Assembly: GCA_036478295.1 (NCBI GenBank)
Contig: JAZGDW010000097.1
Span: 1 to 11,546 of the forward strand
Source: Candidatus Krumholzibacteriia bacterium
GTDB lineage: Bacteria; Krumholzibacteriota; Krumholzibacteriia; WVZY01
Reading direction: 5' to 3'
Length of the DNA stretch: 11,546 nucleotides
Position numbers and translations under genes: made by a program. Shown here piece by piece: positions 1-5,828 of this stretch. Numbering within the stretch: the first letter of the stretch is position 1; each line of letters opens with the position of its first letter. The notes under the pieces are model-generated. The model was given only the letters and a program-made list of their open reading frames with translations, was not told the DNA's origin and did not search any database.

Positions 1-2
1 TG

Positions 3-755
3 GCACCGCCCCCCACTACGGCCGGCAGCCCCCAACGCCAGTCAGTGCTCGATGACGCCACGGCAGACATCGACGGGTTTGGGGCCGTACTGGGTGTTCA
101 AATCCATCCGCATCCGCTGCTCCGAGCCGGTCTGTCGGTCCAGACCCCCATCCTGATAAATGTCGAACGCACCTCGATAGTCGAGAACATCACCCTGTTT
201 TTTAACGCCCTCGACCGCTTCGAGAGATCCGTCGTTACCACCTCCGTCGACTACAAGACTCCCGCCAGGGTAACAGGCGGGTTCAGCTTCAGTCCGCGCA
301 ATTTCCGTGTCGGCGTGGATGTGGAGTACGCGAACTGGACCCACGCCACGATCGACAACAAACTGATCAAGGACCGTAACCTACTCCCGGTTTTCAAGAA
401 AGTCGTATCCGTGAGAACCGGCCTCGAATACACCGTGCCAGGCGCACCGATCCGCTTGCGGGGAGGTTATGCGTTCATCCCGGACCCGCTCGAATACCTG
501 CCGTCCGACCGCATCGAAGATTGGTGCCGCCGCATGGGCACGGGCACCTGCCTGCGCCGTTTCGGTACGCTCCTCGAGAAGGCCAATATCGAAACCGAAC
601 GCCAGGTGGTTGCCGGCGGCATCGGCTTTCTGGTCGGAAATGCCCTGATGGTCGACACCTCGTACGAGTTCACGATAGGCAAGAAGACCATCCCGACGCT
701 CCAGGACGAGCGCACCAGCCAGCGCCTGCTCGTCTCCACGTCCTACCGATTCTAG
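3..755 (+). CDS. Outer-membrane beta-barrel protein, FadL/OmpP1/TodX-like (5'-truncated by window edge)
   Basis: The frame is open from position 3 with no stop before the ORF-track GTG at 45, and ends at TAG 753-755. It has alternating amphipathic beta-strands (GFGAVLGVQIHP, LRAGLSVQTP, RVGVDVEYANW, VRTGLEY, LRGGYAF, MVDTSYEF). It ends in a beta-signal with terminal Phe (LLVSTSYRF). The family assignment is by motif resemblance only. Confidence 0.7.
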   Translation, partial: APPPTTAGSPQRQSVLDDATADIDGFGAVLGVQIHPHPLLRAGLSVQTPILINVERTSIVENITLFFNALDRFERSVVTTSVDYKTPARVTGGFSFSPRNFRVGVDVEYANWTHATIDNKLIKDRNLLPVFKKVVSVRTGLEYTVPGAPIRLRGGYAFIPDPLEYLPSDRIEDWCRRMGTGTCLRRFGTLLEKANIETERQVVAGGIGFLVGNALMVDTSYEFTIGKKTIPTLQDERTSQRLLVSTSYRF

Positions 756-800
756 CCGCCGCTCGCCGGCCCCAAGCGAGACCCCAACCTCCGTTTCCTA

Positions 801-876
801 GTGTGACAGCATGCTGTCATTACGACAGTATACTGTCACTATGGTAGTATGCTGTCACTATGACAGTATGCTGTCA
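801..876. repeat. Tandem array of four 19-bp units, each containing a 16-bp palindrome (consensus ctaTGACAGTATGCTGTCA)
   Basis: 801-819 gtgtgacagcatgctgtca; 820-838 ttacgacagtatactgtca; 839-857 ctatggtagtatgctgtca; 858-876 ctatgacagtatgctgtca. The period is exactly 19 bp with no spacers. An overlapping palindrome catgatt-g-aatcatg follows at 875-889. Confidence 0.92.
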
Positions 877-919
877 TGATTGAATCATGCGTAGCACTCA
901 AACTCGGCGGGACCAGTCT

Positions 920-1143
920 GCGGTGCGCCGGTAGACTGTTGACGGACCCGTTGCGGGAACGAGCGAGGGGACGCCTGTTGGGTTGTTGACAGAGCCGTTG
1001 CGGGAGCGAGCGAGGATCACCCCGCGGAGCGGGGTAGCCGAGCGAAGCGGAGCGCGGCGAAGGAGGCAACCCAACAGGCGTCCCCGAACGGACAGCCGAG
1101 CGAAGTGGAGCACGGGTCAGGAGACAGTCCACCGGTGCGCCGC
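920..1143 (+). repeat. Nested palindromic (REP/MITE-like or structured ncRNA) element forming a long unbranched hairpin with a duplicated internal module
   Basis: Outer stem 920-940/1123-1143. Perfect 19-bp inverted repeat ggggacgcctgttgggttg (967-985) / caacccaacaggcgtcccc (1067-1085). Apical hairpin accccgc-gga-gcggggt (1019-1035). Direct repeats 937-968 vs 984-1015 (29/32 identical) and 1036-1068 vs 1094-1126 (27/33 identical). The structure is certain, but the class of element is not. Confidence 0.8.
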
Positions 1144-1151
1144 CCCAGAGA

Positions 1152-1643
1152 CTATTTCTTACGCGAAGTCCCGCCGAGCAGCGCCAGGTAGGCTTCGTCG
1201 AGCTTCTCCATCATGTCTTCACTCATACCGCCACCGGCTTCCATGATGCGGTCGTAGTACTCCTCGAGATAACGGCACAACGATACCTGCCGATTCTCGA
1301 TGTGACCGCTTATCAGCACCTTGAGTTCTTCCACGCGCTGCACGAAGTCCGGATCCTTAGATTCGATATCTTTGACGTTGTGAAAATATTGGTTGAGAAG
1401 ATTCATCCAGTAGGTATCGTGGTCACCGCCGTTGTCAAAGACGCAGCCGGGAGTCTCGGTGAGAAAACAGTAACCGTGGACGAAGTATGTGCACTGCAGC
1501 AGACCCTGCAGGAAGAAGCGCCGGAAGCAGTCTACGCTTGTTTCGTCCATCGTGCAGGGAAGCTGGCAGTCCCGGCACAGTGGTTCGGGGTCGCCACCGT
1601 AGACGAAGGCGTGCTGTGGTACTTTGATTTCTGGCCGCCCCAT
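1152..1643 (-). CDS. Hypothetical Cys-rich protein (163 aa), possible Zn or Fe-S binding N-terminal domain
   Basis: ATG at 1643 with AGGA about 12 nt upstream, and TAG at 1152-1154. It lies 42 bp downstream of rnc on the same strand and has GC3-rich codons like its neighbours. Cys at residues 23, 26, 30, 39, 51, 59, 67, then an acidic helical C-terminus. No family recognised. Confidence 0.75.
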   Translation of the reverse strand: MGRPEIKVPQHAFVYGGDPEPLCRDCQLPCTMDETSVDCFRRFFLQGLLQCTYFVHGYCFLTETPGCVFDNGGDHDTYWMNLLNQYFHNVKDIESKDPDFVQRVEELKVLISGHIENRQVSLCRYLEEYYDRIMEAGGGMSEDMMEKLDEAYLALLGGTSRKK

Positions 1644-1685
1644 AGTATTAGACGGTCCTGCATGAAACGTGCCGCCGGTACCCTC

Positions 1686-2480
1686 TCAGGATAGGTCCAG
1701 GAGTTCGTCCGTGTTTAATAGCTTCTTATAAGCCAACTTAGCGGCTTCCTGCTCCGCGAGCTTCTTTGTCTTGCCCACCCCTCTTGCCAGACTCGTTCCC
1801 TTGACCCCGACCTCGACGGCGAACTCCTTGTCGTGCTCCGGCCCGCTAGTGGAACGGACCTGGTAACGTGGGGGCACCTTGTGCAAGGCCTGGATGTATT
1901 CCTGCAGCAGGCTCTTGTAATTGATGTTGTCCTCGTTGTAAAAAATATCCGTCAGATCGGACAGCATCACCCGCCGTATGCATCCGCTCGCAGCCTCAAA
2001 ACCCCCGTCGAGGAAGACCGCCCCGAAGATTGCCTCCAGCGTGTCCGCCAGTACGCTGTCCGCCTCGCCCACCCGGGATTTTTGTGCGTTCTCGCTCAGA
2101 AAAATGAACGAACCCAGATCGTACTTTTTGGCATAAAAGGACAAAATCGGTTTGCTGACGATAACTGATTTCATCTTTGTCAAATCTCCCTCACGCTTCT
2201 CCGAATATTTCTTAAACAGGAACTCGTTCACAACCAATGACAGCACCGCGTCCCCAAGAAACTCCAGGCGCTCGTTGGACGTGTCGTCGGGTTTCTTCTC
2301 CGCATCGCCCGCGGCATACGAGCGGTGAACCAGGGCGCGCCGCAACAACGATCGGTCCCGGAAGCTGTATCCAATGGTCGCCTGCAGCCTGTCCTGGCCG
2401 TCGCCGGGCGGGGATTGTGGTGGTTTTGCTCTGAAGACTGAAACGATTCGCTGGAGGAAATCTTGTGCGGGAGATTTCAT
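1686..2480 (-). CDS. rnc: Ribonuclease III
   Basis: RNase III signature NERLEFLGDAVL, ALVHRSY, second catalytic motif ADTLEAIFGAVFLDGG, and a C-terminal dsRBD (NYKSLLQEYIQ...GPEHDKEF...GKTKKLAEQEAA). The exact start is uncertain because of a ~28-aa N-terminal extension. Confidence 0.97.
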   Translation of the reverse strand: MKSPAQDFLQRIVSVFRAKPPQSPPGDGQDRLQATIGYSFRDRSLLRRALVHRSYAAGDAEKKPDDTSNERLEFLGDAVLSLVVNEFLFKKYSEKREGDLTKMKSVIVSKPILSFYAKKYDLGSFIFLSENAQKSRVGEADSVLADTLEAIFGAVFLDGGFEAASGCIRRVMLSDLTDIFYNEDNINYKSLLQEYIQALHKVPPRYQVRSTSGPEHDKEFAVEVGVKGTSLARGVGKTKKLAEQEAAKLAYKKLLNTDELLDLS

Positions 2481-2489
2481 AAGGTGCCG

Positions 2490-3746
2490 CTACGTGCCCT
2501 CGCGATACCTCTTCACGATCAGCGCGCAGTTATGGCCTCCGAACCCGAACGCGTTGGACAGCGCCACATCGACCTTGCACTCCTGGCTCGCGTTGGCCAC
2601 GTAATCGAGATCACATGCCGGATCGGCGTTTTCCTGGTTTATGGTCGGAGGAACCCGGTTATCCCTGATCGCAAGCACACAAAAGATCAACTCAACCGCG
2701 CCGGCGGCCCCGAGCATGTGTCCGATCATCGATTTTGTGGAGCTGACCTTGAGCTTGTAGGCGTTCTCGCGGAACACATGCTTAATCGCAGCGGTCTCCG
2801 AAGCATCGTTCAGGGGGGTGCTGGTGCCATGCGCATTGATATAGTCGATGTCACCCGGTGCCAGCCCCGAGTGCTTGAGCGCCAAGTCCATCGCCCGCAC
2901 CGCGCCTTCACCGTTGGGTGCGGGTGATGTGATATGGTGGGCGTCGCCGGTCATACCGATTCCGACCAGCTCGGCGATAATTGGCGCACCGCGTTTCTTT
3001 GCGTGCTCGAGCTCTTCGAGAAAAATAGCCCCCGCTCCCTCACCGATGACGAAACCGTCGCGGTCCCGGTCAAAGGGACGTGATGCCCCCTCGGGATCGT
3101 CGTTTCTCGTCGAAAGCGCCTTCATGGCCGAAAACCCCCCGAGGGCGAGCGGAGTAATGCATCCTTCCGTGCCACCCGTCAACATCGCATCGGCCATCCC
3201 CGCCGTTATGAGCATGTAGGAATCGGCGATGGCATTACTGGCGGAGGCACACGCCGATACCGCGGCGTAGTTGGGCCCTTTGAAGCCGTAAACGATCGAG
3301 ATCTGGCCTGCGGACATATCGGAGATCATCATCGGGATGAAGAAGGGACTCATCTTGCCCGGGCCGCGATTGAGCAGAATCTTGTGCTGCGTTTCCAGTG
3401 TGCCGAGCCCTCCGATGCCCGAGCCGATGACGCAGCCCACCCTGTCGAGCTCCAGACTCTCGAGTTTCACGCCGTCCAGGCACTCCTTGGTCGCACACGC
3501 CATCAACTGCACGGAACGGTCGTTGCGCCGAGCGTCCTTGGGCTCCATGCATCGCGTCGGATCGAAGTCCTTGATCTCCGCTCCGATCCTGGCCGGGAAC
3601 GCTTCGGCATCAAAGCCTTCGATCCGCGACACGGCGCTCTTACCGGCGAGCAGGTGGCGCCATGTTTCATCCGTTGTCAAACCCGCCGCCGTGATACAGC
3701 CGATACCGGTTACGACAACACGTCTGGGACTTATCGCAGCATTCAT
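2490..3746 (-). CDS. fabF: 3-oxoacyl-ACP synthase II (KAS II)
   Basis: RRVVVTGIG N-terminus and Cys-His-His triad (SACAS, NAHGTST, GHMLGAAG). SRPFDRDRDGFVIGEGAG and FGFGGHN motifs are present. ATG at 3746 chosen because GAGG lies 8 nt upstream. Confidence 0.97.
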   Translation of the reverse strand: MNAAISPRRVVVTGIGCITAAGLTTDETWRHLLAGKSAVSRIEGFDAEAFPARIGAEIKDFDPTRCMEPKDARRNDRSVQLMACATKECLDGVKLESLELDRVGCVIGSGIGGLGTLETQHKILLNRGPGKMSPFFIPMMISDMSAGQISIVYGFKGPNYAAVSACASASNAIADSYMLITAGMADAMLTGGTEGCITPLALGGFSAMKALSTRNDDPEGASRPFDRDRDGFVIGEGAGAIFLEELEHAKKRGAPIIAELVGIGMTGDAHHITSPAPNGEGAVRAMDLALKHSGLAPGDIDYINAHGTSTPLNDASETAAIKHVFRENAYKLKVSSTKSMIGHMLGAAGAVELIFCVLAIRDNRVPPTINQENADPACDLDYVANASQECKVDVALSNAFGFGGHNCALIVKRYREGT

Positions 3747-3776
3747 TTTCAAAACCTCAATCGAACGCCAGGGCGG

Positions 3777-4013
3777 CTAACCCTGCTTGCTGTTGATGTA
3801 GCTGACCGCATCCTGAACGGTCTTGATCTTGTCCGCGTCTTCGTCGGGGATATCCAGGCCGAACTCGTCTTCGAGGGCCATGACCAGCTCGACAGTGTCA
3901 AGCGAGTCCGCTTTCAAGTCTTCGGCAAACTTAGCATCGTTAGTAATCTGATCCGCATTTACCGACAGTTTTTCTTCGATGATTTTCTTGACTTTTTCCT
4001 CTATCGTTGACAT
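3777..4013 (-). CDS. acpP: Acyl carrier protein
   Basis: 78-aa acidic protein with the phosphopantetheine site [17 protein letters not shown] and [19 protein letters not shown] at 4013 is preceded by GGAGGT. Confidence 0.97.
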   Translation of the reverse strand: MSTIEEKVKKIIEEKLSVNADQITNDAKFAEDLKADSLDTVELVMALEDEFGLDIPDEDADKIKTVQDAVSYINSKQG

Positions 4014-4047
4014 TTCTGACGCTACCTCCAAGTCAGCGGGGACACTG

Positions 4048-4791
4048 TCAGCCCATTACCATGCCACCGTCACAATTGATCACCTGACCGGTGACGTAAT
4101 CGGCCATACCAGACAACAAAAATATCACAACGTTGGCCACGTCTTCAACACTGCCAAATCGTTTAAGGGGAATGAGTTCCAGCATTCGGTCCTGGAGTTC
4201 CTCCGTAATTTCCTCTGTCATTGCCGTCGAGATGTATCCCGGTGCGACGACGTTGGCCGTGATGCCCCGCGACGCGAATTCCTTGGCGAGGGACCGCGTC
4301 AAACCGACGATCCCCGCCTTGCTCGCCGCGTAGCTGGCCTGGCCGGCGTTACCGATCAACCCAATTACCGAACTGATGTTGACGATCTTTCCTTGCCGTT
4401 GCTTGAGAAAGTGGGGTGCGAACACCTTCACCGTATTGTAAGCGCCCGTCAAGTTGACCGACAGGACTTCGTTCCAATCCTCCGGACTCATGCGCAGGAT
4501 GAGCTTGTCGCGTACGATACCCGCGTTGTTTACCAGAAAATCGAGCTTGCCAAATTCCTCGATAATCGCTTTTCCGGTGCCGTTCACTTCCTCGAAAGAC
4601 GACACGTCGCAGGCGTATCCCCGCGCTTTGACACCGAGTGCCGTGAGCTCCTCTGCAACTGCCCGCACATCGGCCTCGCTGCGGCTGGTCAACACGACGT
4701 CAGCGCCGCGTGTCGCGAGCTGCCGGGCGATCTCCTTGCCGATACCCCGGGATCCGCCCGTTACCAGCGCAACTTTTCCAGCAAACTCCAT
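4048..4791 (-). CDS. fabG: 3-oxoacyl-ACP reductase
   Basis: SDR motifs [34 protein letters not shown] (YxxxK) and NVVAPGYI. It sits between fabD and acpP. The start is ATG 4791 or 4794, after SD-like AAGGGA. Confidence 0.96.
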   Translation of the reverse strand: MEFAGKVALVTGGSRGIGKEIARQLATRGADVVLTSRSEADVRAVAEELTALGVKARGYACDVSSFEEVNGTGKAIIEEFGKLDFLVNNAGIVRDKLILRMSPEDWNEVLSVNLTGAYNTVKVFAPHFLKQRQGKIVNISSVIGLIGNAGQASYAASKAGIVGLTRSLAKEFASRGITANVVAPGYISTAMTEEITEELQDRMLELIPLKRFGSVEDVANVVIFLLSGMADYVTGQVINCDGGMVMG

Positions 4792-4813
4792 CATCGTTCC
4801 CTTATGTTGCAAT

Positions 4814-4842
4814 CTTATAACAAAATAACGCCGCGCATTCAA
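4814..4842 (-). promoter_or_regulatory. Candidate internal sigma70 promoter for fabG-acpP-fabF-rnc
   Basis: On the minus strand: TTGAAT (4842-4837), a 17-nt spacer ending in TGt (extended -10), then TATAAG (4819-4814). An alternative -10, TAAGAT, lies 2 nt further on. The site is in an AT-rich island with a T-tract upstream. Confidence 0.55.
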
Positions 4843-4844
4843 AG

Positions 4845-4872
4845 AAAAAAAACTCAGCCCGCCTGCTGAGCC
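4845..4872 (-). terminator. Intrinsic (Rho-independent) terminator overlapping the fabD stop codon
   Basis: The minus strand reads gg-ctcagc-aggcgg-gctgag-tttttttt. This is a 6-bp stem (4853-4858/4865-4870), extendable by G-U pairs, followed by U8 (4852-4845) and then CUUU. Confidence 0.65.
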
Positions 4873-5783
4873 AGCGCCTCCAGGCCCTCGACGCTGCTAA
4901 GTGGGTAAACGCTGGCCCCGCTGACGATCCGTTTCATCAGGCCGGTGAGCACTTTTCCCGGACCCGCCTCGACGATGGGCCCCTTGAAGTTCTCCGCCAG
5001 GGTTCGCATGCTCTTTACCCACAACACCCGCGACGACAGTTGACGCGACAGGAGGTCAACGACCCGATCTTCCTCGGTCACGACTTCGCCGGTCACGTTG
5101 GCGATCCACGGTGCATCGAGCCGTCCCCTGTTGAACCGTTCGAGATACGTGGTGAGCGCGCCGGACGTTTTCTCCATCAACGGTGAATGAAACGCGCCGC
5201 TCACCTGCAGGCGCAGCGCTCGTTTTGCCCCGTGTTCCCTGGCCAACTCGATCGCCTTATCGACCGCGGCCACCTCACCCGAAATCGCGAACTGGACCGG
5301 CGAGTTGTGGTTGGCGATGACCACAATGCCGGCTTCCGCAGCCTCGTTCACGACCTTCTGCACCGCGGATTCATCCAGACCGATGACGGCGGCCATCGTA
5401 CCCGGCTCCTCGAGACCGGCCTCGTACATAAGTTCGCCGCGCTTGCGCACGATGAGTAGCGCGTCCATGGGGCGAAAACAACCCGCTGCCACCAGCGCCG
5501 AGAACTCGCCCAGGCTGTGGCCGGAGACCAGCCGCGCCCGCACGCCGCGTCGCTCGAGGACGCGCAGAACCGCCAGGCTGTGCAGCAGGATCGCCGGCTG
5601 CGCATTGTGGGTCAGCGTCAATTCATCGAGGTCGCCGGCAAAGGAGAGGTCCGTGATGTCGAACCCCAGTGTGCTGTTGGCCTCCTTGTAGAGTTCGCGC
5701 ACTTCGCGGTACTGGTCGTAGTAGTCCTTGCCCATCCCCACAAACTGGGACGCCTGCCCGGGGAAGAGTATTGCGCACTCCAT
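4854..5783 (-). CDS. fabD: Malonyl-CoA:ACP transacylase
   Basis: LFPGQASQ, THNAQPAIL, catalytic GHSLGEFSAL, VRKRGELM, VSGAFHSPLM and EAGPGKVLTGL. Confidence 0.97.
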   Translation of the reverse strand: MECAILFPGQASQFVGMGKDYYDQYREVRELYKEANSTLGFDITDLSFAGDLDELTLTHNAQPAILLHSLAVLRVLERRGVRARLVSGHSLGEFSALVAAGCFRPMDALLIVRKRGELMYEAGLEEPGTMAAVIGLDESAVQKVVNEAAEAGIVVIANHNSPVQFAISGEVAAVDKAIELAREHGAKRALRLQVSGAFHSPLMEKTSGALTTYLERFNRGRLDAPWIANVTGEVVTEEDRVVDLLSRQLSSRVLWVKSMRTLAENFKGPIVEAGPGKVLTGLMKRIVSGASVYPLSSVEGLEALAQQAG

Positions 5784-5828
5784 ATGAACAGATTCTCCCT
5801 TTCATAGTGTCCTGGCGGAACGATCTGG

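Noticed and set aside
762..780. Hairpin ctcgc-N9-gcgag after the OMP stop as a terminator
   Set aside because: It has only a 5-bp stem, a 9-nt loop and no adjacent U-tract.
801..876. CRISPR array interpretation of the palindromic repeats
   Set aside because: The units are only 19 bp and directly abut with no unique spacers, and there are no cas genes in the window.
801..876. parS, matS, CRP/FNR or dif site
   Set aside because: The half-site sequence or spacing does not fit any of these consensus sequences. For example, TGTGA at 802-806 has no TCACA six bases later.
910..1122. CsrB/RsmZ-like sRNA (about 12 GGA triplets, one in the apical loop)
   Set aside because: Csr/Rsm sponges display GGA in many short separate hairpin loops. 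Here one long rod buries most GGAs in internal loops, and the G/A-rich composition inflates the count. Not fully excluded.
920..1143. 6S RNA, SRP RNA, tRNA, tmRNA or RNase P RNA
   Set aside because: There is no SRP domain-IV tetraloop motif, cloverleaf, tag ORF or RNase P conserved regions. It is rod-like as 6S is, but it has a duplicated nested module rather than a single central bubble. A cmscan run would settle this.
839..1246. ORFs 839-1132(-), 898-1113(-) and 983-1246(+) across the intergenic element
   Set aside because: The translations are Arg/Pro/Ser-rich and low-complexity, and their internal repeats (ARSRNGSVN, RAPLRS) simply mirror the nucleotide repeats. The changes between copies follow base pairing, not codon position.
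3885..3925. ACP motif LKADSLD rather than LGADSLD; also FabD GQASQ rather than GQGSQ
   Set aside because: These are single substitutions outside the catalytic residues. The Ser attachment site and GHSLG are intact, so this is within normal family variation.
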